A DNA stretch of 64,000 bases from Desulfobacterales bacterium (GCA_963674755.2 CAXXVS010000002.1:1408001-1472000), one strand, 5' to 3'. Positions 1 through 10,855 are shown, numbered from the stretch's first letter. Program-made: numbers and translations. The notes: a model not told the origin generated them from the letters alone.

Positions 1-766
1 GATTTTCCAGTCATGGGGTTTTACCCTGATATGCGTTAAAACGATTGCATCCCGCGAAGGGGGAAGCGTGCTTAAAATTCTGAATTGCCGGCCGAATTCG
101 TATGCAACAGGATCGCGATGAGAAAATAGAGGTAAACCAGGCAGTGACGATGTCAACGATTCGCAAGCCGGCCAGCCTGACAATGGATAGAGATCCATTC
201 GGCTTTACACAAGCCCTACTATCCTCTAAACATAAGCAAAAATCAAGCCTTTAAGATACGTTATCATCAGATATTGTTGCGTTTGTATTAGCCCTCTTGC
301 CTGCCATCCCCGCCAGTAACATATCCCAAGCACCCCACCATTTTTTAGTTATACTTAACTGTTAGACAGATCAACTGATCCTGCCTGCTGATTATGTAGT
401 TTGTTACCCACAGAGAAATTATTTTCTCTATTTTTGGTGAAGAAACCACCCACAACACTTATTGGGCGATGACTTGTCGCTGATATTCCACTAAAAATCC
501 ATAAAAGTGATTTCCTGCATAATTATTGCATAATTGCAGCGGTCAAGCGTTTTTTTCATTGGCTTATCCTTACAGCTCACTTCATAGAATACAGGCCGGA
601 TTAACCCCAAGTGCTATCCGTTCGATCTCGAAATGATGGATCGAGCGCCGTTGTCGTGTCTTTCGGCTCAACGCCAGTCCAATGACAGTCTTCCGTGCCA
701 AAAAGCGTGGGTGCACGCTGTCCATTTTCAGGGAAGGGTTCACCTCATAACCAAAGGAGGCTATCG

Positions 767-2585
767 ATGAAGAGACTGGTGGCATTAGGCATCATAGGCA
801 TGCTTTTGATTTTTCTGGTCCAGCTCCCTGCAGGCGTGGCCGGCAACGGGTATATGGGGGGGGCGCGGTGCGATCGTGGTGGAAGATCCGCCCGCCGTGG
901 AGGAAGGTGATTCCGCCACCGATGAGGGTGGCCTGCCGGACACGGTGGAAGGGCCGCTGAACGACAAGCTGGCGGATGCCGGCAAACTGTTTGGGGATCT
1001 CTACAAAATTTTGCGCTACGAGGGCGGCGAGGTGAAGTCGGACGACATGATTGCTATCGGCGGTGAACCGATTCTCTCCGAAGGATACGGCGTCTATGCA
1101 CTTGAGCAGTCGGACGGAACCTATAGCTTGGCAAATGCCCCCTATCCTAGTCAATGCGTCCAGCCCGTGGCAGATTACAATAAATGGGGGGATATTGGTT
1201 TGCCCAACAATCGTCTTCCCCTGGTGATGACCTATGACGCCACCTGGGGGCGGACCGAGTGCGAAGTGGGAGAACTGTCGGGGGCTTCGGTTGACCCTAT
1301 TACCGGTGAGCTCATTCTTGATATCAATGACTATTATATCGAGCCGGGCGAGCATTGCCCTGATGGCATTAAATGGGTTGATCTGGTTGACGAAGTATCC
1401 TTCGGCCGCCTCAACCTGAGCCGCTCGCCGGAGGCTGTCCTCCAGGCCGCCTTCGACGAAGCCATCACGTCCATCAACAATGCGGTCTCAATCTCACGGG
1501 ATGCCGCCGGGCGGCTGTTATTGGAAAATGAGGTTTTCAGCGCAACCGAAGTGGACGAATGCGGCGAGCCGTTGCAGCTGGATAACGTGTTCAAAGCCAT
1601 CGACTCCCCTCTTGAGAATCTGGCCCTTTACGTCAAGTTGATGAAGGACGGTCACCTTGTGACCCCGGGCGACGAACGGGCCCCCATCGACCGGTCGGAG
1701 AAAGGCGGCATTCCCCTCTGGAAGATGCTCGAACTCTCGGACGGTCCTTCCAAAGCCCTGCGGCCGACCATCGATATCGAGAAACTCGAGGGCTTTGGCT
1801 TGGGTAGCCTTGTCGACACCACGCCACAGAAATACTACACGTATTATGAGTGCTATAACGAGAACGGTGTCGCCATCCCGTGCCTGTGCGACGGCGAAAA
1901 CCACGACGGAACCCCTACGGTAGTAGCCTGCCCCGATGTCGCCAGCCGCAAACTGCTTGCCGTTGATGCGTGCCCTTTTCCCGCAACCGACACGGACCCC
2001 AACGCGGACACCTGCGAAGAGTCCTACGGCATCAAGACAGACGACAGCGCCGTCCATGGGCAGCATACAACCGGTGACGATTTTGACTTCGCCGCCGCCT
2101 TCCTGGCCGCCGCCGCCGACAAGACCGGCGATATCGGCGTGGACATGGTGGTCTATCTGAACTCGATCCTGGGTATCAACAAGGTGGTGGGCTACAGCGA
2201 ATATGACAGCGATGGCAACCCGGTTGACGGTGCCGTCAACTACAGCGAAGAACCCGTGTATTTCAATTTTAACGGTATCGGCGGCACGGATGATAACAAA
2301 TATGATCGAATGGATACCTTTGCCCTCAGGAGGGGAGACCCCGGGAGATCGGAAGGCTTCGTCCGGGTCCTGCAAGGGGGGGACGGCAGCTGGACGGAAG
2401 AAGACTACTGGATCATGGACCTCGAGTGGGATAACGGCTTTGACAATATAGGCATTAATCCCGAGGATGGCTTTCCCAGTGGCGATATCGCCGATTCCGA
2501 CATCCGCGGCTTTGCCCAGATGGCCGACGACGATCTGAGCGTCATCGAATTCGTGCACACGTATCAGATTCCGGGGCTTCGATAG
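767..2585 (+). CDS. Secreted acidic Cys-containing protein of unknown function, frameshifted (+1) at G8 tract 856-863
   Basis: RBS AAGGAGG 754-760, ATG 767, signal peptide MKRLVALGIIGMLLIFLVQLPAGVA. Removing one G joins it to ORF 876..2585 (…GYMGGRGAIVVEDPP…), giving 605 aa. Confidence 0.75.
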
Positions 2586-2662
2586 CCTCTCTGCTCAAGC
2601 GCGCGCCTATTTCCCGCTGCGGCCCCGCCGGAGTTGAAAAAAAGACGCGCTTCTTCAAGTAC

Positions 2663-2695
2663 AAAAAGCGGCCTGCCGCTATTGGCGGGCCGCTT
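2663..2695 (-). terminator. Intrinsic terminator between convergent genes
   Basis: AAGCGGCCTGCC-loop-GGCGGGCCGCTT stem, preceded by an A-run (U-tail on the minus strand). Confidence 0.65.
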
Positions 2696-2731
2696 ACCCT
2701 TCCCGAATAAATGCATCGGCATGAACGAACG

Positions 2732-3271
2732 CTAGGGTCGTCGCCGCCGGATCGGTACCGGCACCCGCTGTCCTTTGAAAACGCCCCGCAGCACCCGCAA
2801 CAACCCGATATAGAGAACACACGCCGCGATAATGCCCCCATCCCGAATGCTCTGGTACAGAACAGTGTGCATCACGTTCTCCCACCCGCTGAAGCCCGGC
2901 GAAAAATAGAGCTGGAAAGGCCAGAAAAGGGATACCGGCGATGAGGTGAACAGCATGTCGGCCAGCACATGGGAAAAGACCAGGCCGAAGCACAGGGGAA
3001 AACCGAGGCGCGGTATCCGATCCCACAGGTGCCAGAGATGGCTGGCGGCATAGCCGGCCAGGACGGCAAAAAGCAGGCTGTGGGTGGGACCCCGGTGAAA
3101 GAAGTTGCCGTTTCCATGGAACAAGAGGCCTGCCAGGATATCCACGTCCGGCAAATTGGCCAGGACGGTAATGAGGGCGAAAACGCCCCAACGGGAATAG
3201 TCGTGATCGTTATTTTGAGCGGTCGCGTAAGTGGCCAGACCGATGGCCGTATGTCCGAGTGGCAAGGGCAT
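2732..3271 (-). CDS. Membrane-bound metal-dependent hydrolase (YdjM/DUF457-like)
   Basis: N-terminal GH, LPDVD and HRGPTHSL motifs, SHVLAD, several TM helices; ATG 3271 with AAGGA RBS. Confidence 0.8.
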   Translation of the reverse strand: MPLPLGHTAIGLATYATAQNNDHDYSRWGVFALITVLANLPDVDILAGLLFHGNGNFFHRGPTHSLLFAVLAGYAASHLWHLWDRIPRLGFPLCFGLVFSHVLADMLFTSSPVSLFWPFQLYFSPGFSGWENVMHTVLYQSIRDGGIIAACVLYIGLLRVLRGVFKGQRVPVPIRRRRP

Positions 3272-3725
3272 GATCAATCCTTGTAAGGTAGTTCAGGACC
3301 GTAGCGGGATCGAAACGGCCCTGGTTCTTTTTTGTGGGAGCATCTTTGGTGGATGCGCTGCCATGCGGCAGGTATAATTGCATAATAGATGCCAACCGCT
3401 TTAGGTCGAGGGTCACGAGCGCTCCCGGGTAACGATAACCCTTGCTAAACGCCGGCGGCCCCAGCCTCGGGGGAAATAATGCGGGAACCGTTTTAGAAGA
3501 ACCATTTCCAGCGTACTGGGAAATGTTTTTACCATATTGCGGTGCGTTTCCAGCAAATAGGGGCAGGCGCAGAATAACCATCCGGAAAGGTTGCCAATCG
3601 TCAAATATGTCTTACTATGCCCCTTCACCCTGTCTTGGATTGGCAGGGTGAACTATTTTGGGCCCTACGGCCGACCGGCCCGGGACACCGACACCCATAA
3701 AACGACATCACTAGGGAGACAGGAA

Positions 3726-4292
3726 ATGGCTGACAATTCACAATTCACCCTTTACAGCGGCGGTCACCGGGGGACCGAAAGCGAATTCGGTAAGCTGGCC
3801 GAGCAATGGGGCATCGCGGAAGTCAATTTTGCATTTGAGGGCCACCGCTGCGAACGCACCCGCGGGGTCAAGGTGCTGGATGAGGGCGAACTGGCCCGCG
3901 GGGATATCAGCATGGAAATCGTTTCGGCCCGGATGGGGCGCACGTATGCCCGGGCGGACAAGATCCGGAAGGTTATCCAATCCATCTTTCACATGATCAA
4001 CAACGGCTACCAGGTGATCGCCGTGGGATGGATCCAGCCGGACGAAACCGTCAAGGGCGGCACCGGCTGGGGTGTCGAACTGGCCAAGCTGTTCAACCGG
4101 CCGACCAGTGTCTTCGATCAGGAAAAAAACCGCTGGTTCGCCTGGAAAGACAAACAATGGATCGAGGAAACCCCTGTCATTACCGCCAAGACGTTTGCCG
4201 GAACCGGCACCCGCAATCTTTCCGAAGAGGGGCGTGCGGCCCTGGCGGATCTTTTCGAGCGTTCGTTCGGATCGGCCGCAAACCGGCCCTAG
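3726..4292 (+). CDS. Hypothetical protein, probable SLOG-superfamily nucleotide-binding fold
   Basis: SGGHRG near the N-terminus and GGTGWGV motif; ATG 3726 after GGAG/AGGA. Confidence 0.55.
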   Translation: MADNSQFTLYSGGHRGTESEFGKLAEQWGIAEVNFAFEGHRCERTRGVKVLDEGELARGDISMEIVSARMGRTYARADKIRKVIQSIFHMINNGYQVIAVGWIQPDETVKGGTGWGVELAKLFNRPTSVFDQEKNRWFAWKDKQWIEETPVITAKTFAGTGTRNLSEEGRAALADLFERSFGSAANRP

Positions 4293-4373
4293 CCTGGTCC
4301 CCCAGGCAGGAATCCCATCGGCGGCCGGAAGCGCGTCCCCAGCTTCCGGCAGGCCGGCCCCATGGCCGGCCCT

Positions 4374-5021
4374 TCAAATGAGGGCGGGCTGCATCATCCG
4401 TTCCAAAGCATCCCGCTGGGCCTCGAAGCCCGCTTCGTCGATCGTCGCCGCAAGGTGAACCGGCCGGTCGAATCGCAGCAGCACCCGGGCAAATGGCTTG
4501 GGCAGCATAAACCGATCCCAGCTGTTGAAATACCAGGCTTTGTCGGCCGTGACATAAAAGGGCACGATGACGGCCTGGGTGGCAAGCGCCATGCGGATCA
4601 CCCCGGCCTTCACCTGGCCGGCCGGTCCCCGGGGGCCGTCCACAATGTGCCCGGCCAGCCGAGAGCCTCTCAAACCGGTAATGACGTCGCGCATCGCCTC
4701 GCGTCCCCCGCGGGAGGAGGAACCCCGTACCGGATGCCACCCTGTGCGGCGGGCAATGCCGGCAATCAGCGCGCCGTCCTTGCTGCGGCTGATCATGATA
4801 TGGGGATGGAAGCGCCGATACTCCCGAAAATGTCGAATCGCCGAAAAGAACTGCTGGTGCCAGGCGCACAGCAGCACGGTCCCTCCGTTTTCGATCTGCC
4901 CCAGCCATTCCTGCTCATTTTCGACCCGAAGCCGAAAGGTCCACGCGTAGCACCGGACAAGCCGATAAAGAACGCTGATGAACCATGATGAGGTCAGTGC
5001 CCTCTTCAACCCGAATTTCAT
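4374..5021 (-). CDS. DUF374 lysophospholipid acyltransferase-like protein
   Basis: WHQQ, ISRSKDG, RGSSSRGG, DGPRGP, WDRFMLPKPF motifs. Confidence 0.85.
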   Translation of the reverse strand: MKFGLKRALTSSWFISVLYRLVRCYAWTFRLRVENEQEWLGQIENGGTVLLCAWHQQFFSAIRHFREYRRFHPHIMISRSKDGALIAGIARRTGWHPVRGSSSRGGREAMRDVITGLRGSRLAGHIVDGPRGPAGQVKAGVIRMALATQAVIVPFYVTADKAWYFNSWDRFMLPKPFARVLLRFDRPVHLAATIDEAGFEAQRDALERMMQPALI

Positions 5022-5361
5022 AAAAACCCTCTTTTCAAGGAATCTACGGTCTTAATGACCGGTGTTGAGGGTACCACAGATCCGGCGTTTCCGATAACGG
5101 TTTGCCGGAATGGGATGGGCGCCGGTTGTCGAACCCGTTTAACCGCATGATATGGTTTGCTTTTTCCCTGGAATTCCCCAAGAAATGACTTGAAGAAAGC
5201 GATAATTCCGTTATCATGGGGAAGCCGTCGAAGTAGAGTCTGGTTCCCTTTATCCGGAATATCTCCCGCACGGCAAGTGATCCTCTTCGGGGACGATTTC
5301 CTCCCCCCCGGGGAAACCATCCCTGCGGTTCCCGTCAACATAGCGATCAAGGAAAGCGCAT

Positions 5362-6309
5362 ATGACAACCCGCAAAAAGGTGGGGCTCGTGCTCGGCAGC
5401 GGATCGTCCCGCGGTTGGGCACACATCGGTGTCATCGAGGCGCTGGAAGAGGCCGGAATTCCCATTGACTTCATCGTCGGTTGCAGCGTGGGCTCCTATG
5501 TGGGTGCGCTCTATGCCTGCGGCAGCCTGGCGAGCCTCAAAGAGTTCGTACTGCGGATGAACGGCAAGAAGGTTTTCTCCTATTTCGATGTGGTGTTCCC
5601 CCGCTCAGGACTCCTGGACGGCACCCGCAAAGTCAAGGAACTCTTTTCCATGCACACGGACGTGGAGCGCTTCGAGGAACTGGGGCTGCCGGTTTCCATG
5701 GTGGCCACCGATCTCAAGCGCGGCCACAAAGTGATCCTCCAATCCGGCAATATCATGAAAGCCCTCCAGGCCACCATGTGCATCCCGGGACTGTTCGCAC
5801 CGGTGCGGATCAATGGACGCTGGCTCGTGGACGGCGGGCTGTTGGACCCCGTGCCGGTGGGGGTCGCCAAAGCCATGGCGGCCGATGTGGTGATTGCCGT
5901 GGACCTCAACAGCGGTCTGGTTTCGCGCCGGGAAGTTCGCAAACAGGTCCAGATGATCGCCGACAACGTGCCCGAAAAGGAACCCGAATATAAATATGAA
6001 CTGCTGAAAAAGCTAGCGGAGTACTACGAAAGCGCGGAAATGAGCTTCAAGACCAAGATCAGCGAGTTGTTCCACAGGGAGGAGGACCTCCCCGATATCG
6101 TCGATACGGTCATGACCTCCATCAACATCATGCAGGATCGCATCACCCGCATCAACCTGGCCGTGGAGCCACCCGACATTCTGGTGCAGCCGCGCCTGGG
6201 AAGCCTCAAGATGATGGATTTCGACCGGGTAGACTATGCCATCGAGGAGGGCTACCTGGGGGTGATGGAGCGCATCGACGACATCAAGGCCATGCTGCAA
6301 CAGGCCTGA
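5362..6309 (+). CDS. Patatin-like phospholipase (RssA/NTE family)
   Basis: LGSGSSRGWAHIGV, GCSVG nucleophile elbow, DGG motif. Confidence 0.9.
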   Translation: MTTRKKVGLVLGSGSSRGWAHIGVIEALEEAGIPIDFIVGCSVGSYVGALYACGSLASLKEFVLRMNGKKVFSYFDVVFPRSGLLDGTRKVKELFSMHTDVERFEELGLPVSMVATDLKRGHKVILQSGNIMKALQATMCIPGLFAPVRINGRWLVDGGLLDPVPVGVAKAMAADVVIAVDLNSGLVSRREVRKQVQMIADNVPEKEPEYKYELLKKLAEYYESAEMSFKTKISELFHREEDLPDIVDTVMTSINIMQDRITRINLAVEPPDILVQPRLGSLKMMDFDRVDYAIEEGYLGVMERIDDIKAMLQQA

Positions 6310-6319
6310 TGGCGAGCGC

Positions 6320-7846
6320 TCAGGAGGCCTCAAGGGCCTTCTGGCGGCCTTCATGCTCGTCACGGGCCAGTTTGTAGGCAATGTAGTATTTATAAACATT
6401 GCTCACGTACTGCACTGTCTCCCGCCCGATCCTCCGGGCGGCCACGATCTCGACGTTCTGGAACCAGACATTGGGATCGAGCCCGCGCTGGGCGGCCTCC
6501 CGCCGCAGCGTGGCTACCTTGGCAGGCCCCGCATTGTAGGCTGCAAAGGTGAACAGATAGCGGTCGAGCGTGTCGATGGCCGGATCGTTGAAATAGCGGT
6601 CCTGCAAAAAACGCAGGTACTTGTGGCCGGCGTGGATGTTGTTCTCCAGTTTTTCGATATCCGTAATGCCGATGTTCTTGTCCGCGGCCGTGGCCGGCAG
6701 CATCTGCATGATGCCCACCGCGCCCACACTGCTGCGCTTGGTATTGTCCAGCTGCGACTCCTGGTAGGCCAGGGCGCCGGTCATGAGATAGTCGAAATTG
6801 TATCGATCCGCGTACCGCTTGAACAGGTGCACCACGGCATGGAACTTTTTGATCTCCTCAGGGCTCAGGGCGTTGCGGGCCCACTTGTTTTCTTTGAGGT
6901 AGCGTTTAAAAACGATATTGCCCATCAGGGTACCCTTTTTGTGACCCTTGACAAACGCATTGAGCACCTTGGCCAGTTGGGGACTGTCTTTGCGGAAGGC
7001 CCAGGCGACCTTGCCGCCCTGGTTGAGCACGATATCCGGATGCAAGGTGATATCCGGGAAGATTTCGCCCCAGAAGCGGGCCTTGTGATCGTCCACGGCC
7101 ACCATGGGAATCAGGCCGGCATTGACCATCTCGATCAGGTCCTCATCTTCCAGCAATTCACTGGCCGGCACGATCCTGACCGGCGGCCGGCCCTGCTTCT
7201 TGAAAGCGGCGTTGAGTCGCACGGCATGTTCGTAATAGCTGCTGGAGGGCCGCAGGTGGATTTCCCGGCCGGAGAGATCGGCAAGGGCGGTGATGGGGGC
7301 CGCGCTCGGGCCTGAAATGAGGATCTCCTTCACGCCGGTCAGAAGCGGATTGCTGAAATCCACCAGGCTTCGGCGTTCATCCGTGACGGTCAGGTTGGCG
7401 GCCGCAATGTCGCCGCGTCCCTGGATCAACGCCGGCAGGAGTTGATCCCGCGGCACCGGCACGAAGATGACGTGAATCGCCCGGGCACCGGTTTTCTCCC
7501 TTTTGTTGATGAACTTCTTGAATTCCCGGAACAGATCGACATTGACGCCCCGGGGGTGGCCCCGGTCCAGGAAATAATACATTTTGTTCGGCACCACCAG
7601 CACCCTCACCTGCCGGCGCTTGACCATGCCCTCATAACCCCCGCGCCAGTCCTTGATCAGGTCGCTGTCCGTGACCTGGTCCTGGTCCTGAACCTGGGCC
7701 TGAGCCCTCGTCGGGAAAACCAGGATGACCGCCAGGGCGGCCCATACGATCCACAGGAAAAGGTCGCCGTGCATCCCCTTCCCCAACCTGCTCCTGGCGG
7801 TTTCCCCACCGTTCCATCTCTTCTGGCAACAGACCCGATGCTCCAT
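6320..7846 (-). CDS. MltF-like lytic transglycosylase (substrate-binding domain + SLT domain)
   Basis: GRGDIAAANLTVT SBP domain; AYQESQL, GAVGIMQM and AAYNAG SLT motifs. Start uncertain (7846 with GAGGAG RBS, or 7774). Confidence 0.85.
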   Translation of the reverse strand: MEHRVCCQKRWNGGETARSRLGKGMHGDLFLWIVWAALAVILVFPTRAQAQVQDQDQVTDSDLIKDWRGGYEGMVKRRQVRVLVVPNKMYYFLDRGHPRGVNVDLFREFKKFINKREKTGARAIHVIFVPVPRDQLLPALIQGRGDIAAANLTVTDERRSLVDFSNPLLTGVKEILISGPSAAPITALADLSGREIHLRPSSSYYEHAVRLNAAFKKQGRPPVRIVPASELLEDEDLIEMVNAGLIPMVAVDDHKARFWGEIFPDITLHPDIVLNQGGKVAWAFRKDSPQLAKVLNAFVKGHKKGTLMGNIVFKRYLKENKWARNALSPEEIKKFHAVVHLFKRYADRYNFDYLMTGALAYQESQLDNTKRSSVGAVGIMQMLPATAADKNIGITDIEKLENNIHAGHKYLRFLQDRYFNDPAIDTLDRYLFTFAAYNAGPAKVATLRREAAQRGLDPNVWFQNVEIVAARRIGRETVQYVSNVYKYYIAYKLARDEHEGRQKALEAS

Positions 7847-8127
7847 AGCGATCTCTCCTCTAAATACCGCATCTCTCAACGCCGGTCGCCCCGAAATGCA
7901 TATGTCGGCCGTGGCCGCGGTATGCATGGTGCATGAACCAACGGCTGTCCGACGCCAACGATTTTCATCGTCCGAGGTGAACGGCAACTTCCTTCAATTC
8001 CCCGCGGCGGGCCTGGCGCGCTTCGATGCGCGGATAGGCCTCATCCGTATAGGATGCGATCGTCTTGGATCGCATAGGGCTCAGACTCCCTGACCGATAG
8101 AACCTGCCGTCGATAATCCACAGCCTG

Positions 8128-8817
8128 TTAGGGGGCCTGGTCCTCAGCCAGGCGGGCCCCCACCTCTTCCAGCCACCAGCGCTGGGCGCGGGGATCGTAG
8201 TAAAGCGACGTATCTTCGTCAAAATCCGTGTGCTCCGCAAAGCTGGCCTCCATGGCCGCGCGGGTCAGCGCTTCCATCTTGGCGCGCAGTTCATCCCGCA
8301 CGGCCTGGTAGGTTGCGTCGACGGCCAGGAAATTGTTCAATCCTTCCCGGGCGTCGCGGGTCAGCTGCCGGGCGGCCAGTTCGGCCAAAGCGAAATGAAT
8401 CTGTTCGTGCTGAAGCACATAGGCCCTTCGATTCCCGGGAACCTCCGGATTCCACCAGGAGCAGGCCGGCACGAAAACGGCCTCGAACCTGACTTCCGGA
8501 AAACTGCCGACGAAAAACATCTTCCCGCCGTATACGCCCTGGGTGATGCGCACCTGAGACGTCTCGGAAGGTCGGATGCTGATGCAGGAATGGGCATTGA
8601 TATGATCATTGTAAGCTTCGTATGGAGACGACAGAGACGGGGCCTTGAAATCTTCGACGGTCAAAGGGCGATAGCGAAACCCTTCACCGCTGGAGGCCTG
8701 GGTGCCGTCCAGCGCGTGGAAGTGCGGCCGGGCATACTCCGGCAGCCGGGCGCATCCGGCGATCAGCACGGCCAGGAGCAGGACCTCGATTTGTCTTTTC
8801 CATCGCGAAGGGCTCAT
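8128..8817 (-). CDS. DUF922-like Zn-metalloprotease lipoprotein
   Basis: Lipobox LIAGC; VLQHEQIHF HExxH motif. Confidence 0.7.
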   Translation of the reverse strand: MSPSRWKRQIEVLLLAVLIAGCARLPEYARPHFHALDGTQASSGEGFRYRPLTVEDFKAPSLSSPYEAYNDHINAHSCISIRPSETSQVRITQGVYGGKMFFVGSFPEVRFEAVFVPACSWWNPEVPGNRRAYVLQHEQIHFALAELAARQLTRDAREGLNNFLAVDATYQAVRDELRAKMEALTRAAMEASFAEHTDFDEDTSLYYDPRAQRWWLEEVGARLAEDQAP

Positions 8818-9054
8818 ATTGTAATACTTTTGTAAAATTCCGCCGGCAAGTTATCTTCTCTCCCCAAGTGTAATTCTTTTGTCAAACCGGATATCTTCTC
8901 TATCCAGGGCACCCCGGATGACTTAGACTACCTTTCAAAGATCGATGCTATATCGGGAATTATGTTTTCATCGGTTCATGGATGCCACCTCACCAGGAAG
9001 AAGAGGCGGCAGCTCATGTTCTTTTTCCTCTGAAACGCACTTGAGGAGTTTACG

Positions 9055-10800
9055 ATGTATTCTGATTTGGTTCCGCACCCCAAAGGCACTCGCGCCCGGG
9101 TATTGCTGGCCAGCGTCTTCGGCCCTTACGCCCGGGATGATGTTTACGGCAGCCGCGCCGTCAACCCCATGGAACTTTACCAGAACCAGGTCACACGAGT
9201 CCAGGGGGGATATTCCCTGCGCATGTTCCACCGGTCCTTCGCCCTGCTCATGCTCCAGGCCAATATGGAAGCCCCCTGCACGGTGCTCGATTTCGCCTCC
9301 CGCGATCGATTCATCCGGGAGCTGCAGGACACCCCCTACGATGTCATCGGTATCGGCGCCATCCTGCCCAACATCGGGAAAGTCAAGGAGATGTGCCGCC
9401 TGATCCGCAAACATCAGCCCCGGGCCACCATCGTGGTGGGCGGCCACATCGCCAACTACGCCGACCTCCCGCAGGCCATCGACGCGGACCATATCGTGCG
9501 GGGCGACGGCATCGCCTGGTTTCGGCAATACCTGGGGCAACCCCTGGATGCCCCGGTCAACCATCCGGCGGTCCCATCGGCCTTCGGGGCGCGCATCCTG
9601 GGCACCACCCTGCGCGACAAGCCGGGCGATACGGCCGCCATCCTGATTCCCTCGGTGGGCTGCCCGGTGGGCTGCAACTTCTGCTCCACCTCAGCCCTTT
9701 TCGGCGGCAAGGGCCACTTCATCAATTTCTACAAGACCGGCGACGAACTGTTCACGGTCATGTGCGATCTGGAACACCGTCTCAAGGTCCAGTCTTTCTT
9801 CATCCTGGACGAAAATTTCCTCCTGCACCGTCGCCGGGCCCTGCGGCTTCTGGAGCTGATGCAAATCCATGGCAAAAGCTGGATGCTGAACGTCTTCAGC
9901 TCGGCCCGGGTGCTGCGCTCCTACACCATGGAGCAGCTCGTGGGGCTGGGCATCGGCTGGGTCTGGATGGGCATCGAAGGGCAAAACAGCCGCTACCGCA
10001 AACTGGAAGACGTGGACACCCGGGATCTGGTAAAGGACCTGCAATCCCACGGCATCCGTGTTCTGGGGTCATCGATCATCGGCCTGGAAGACCATACCCC
10101 GGAAAATATCGACGATGTCATTGCGCACGCCGTCAGCCACGGCACGGACTTCCACCAGTTTATGCTCTATACGCCAATTCCGGGCACCCCCTTGCATCGC
10201 ACCCACCAGCAAAAGGGTACCCTGCTGAGCGAGGCGGATTTCCCGCTGGCCGACACCCACGGCCAGTACCGCTTCAACTACCGGCATGCCCACATCAAGG
10301 CCGGCCAGGAGGAAGGCTTTCTCCTGCGGGCCTTCAAACGGGATTTCCACGAAAACGGCCCCAGCCTGGGCCGCCTGATCCGCACCATGCTGACCGGCTG
10401 GCAGCGCTACAAAACCCACCCGGACGCCCGCCTGCGGCATCGCTATGCCCGGGAAGTCGCCCCCTTGCGCGCTACCTATGCCGGCGCAGTCTGGGCCATG
10501 AAGCAGTATTACCGCGATTCCCGGCCGATGTTCCGCCGGATGAAAGACCTTCTATCGGACATTTACCGGGAATTCGGATGGCAGACCCGAATGGCCGCCC
10601 CGCTTATCGGCGCGTTCATCTATGTGCGGCTGCTGCGGGAAGAACGGCGCCTGGATCGGGGCTGGCACTATGAGCCAACGACGTTTTACGATAAAAATCC
10701 GGCCGCCATGACATACGACGGAGCTCAAAAAAACCTGCAACCCAACCGCAAGCCCGGTGTGGTCCCGCCGCCCCTGGCCGTGCCGGTCCTGAAACCGTAA
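9055..10800 (+). CDS. Cobalamin-binding radical SAM protein
   Basis: N-terminal B12-binding-like domain (IVVGGH); GCPVGCNFCST CxxxCxxC; DENF; RBS GAGGAG. Confidence 0.85.
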   Translation: MYSDLVPHPKGTRARVLLASVFGPYARDDVYGSRAVNPMELYQNQVTRVQGGYSLRMFHRSFALLMLQANMEAPCTVLDFASRDRFIRELQDTPYDVIGIGAILPNIGKVKEMCRLIRKHQPRATIVVGGHIANYADLPQAIDADHIVRGDGIAWFRQYLGQPLDAPVNHPAVPSAFGARILGTTLRDKPGDTAAILIPSVGCPVGCNFCSTSALFGGKGHFINFYKTGDELFTVMCDLEHRLKVQSFFILDENFLLHRRRALRLLELMQIHGKSWMLNVFSSARVLRSYTMEQLVGLGIGWVWMGIEGQNSRYRKLEDVDTRDLVKDLQSHGIRVLGSSIIGLEDHTPENIDDVIAHAVSHGTDFHQFMLYTPIPGTPLHRTHQQKGTLLSEADFPLADTHGQYRFNYRHAHIKAGQEEGFLLRAFKRDFHENGPSLGRLIRTMLTGWQRYKTHPDARLRHRYAREVAPLRATYAGAVWAMKQYYRDSRPMFRRMKDLLSDIYREFGWQTRMAAPLIGAFIYVRLLREERRLDRGWHYEPTTFYDKNPAAMTYDGAQKNLQPNRKPGVVPPPLAVPVLKP

Positions 10801-10830
10801 GGCTCCCCAGCGTAGCAGGAAACCTCGGAC

Positions 10831-10855
10831 AGCCCCCCTCCCAGAGGGGGGCTTT
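10831..10855. terminator. GC-rich hairpin between convergent radical SAM gene and maeB
   Basis: AGCCCCCCT-CCCAG-AGGGGGGCT followed by TT. Confidence 0.5.

Noticed and set aside
1..14. Possible start (ATG ACT GGA AAA) of a minus-strand gene leaving the window
   Set aside because: Only four codons are visible, so it cannot be supported.
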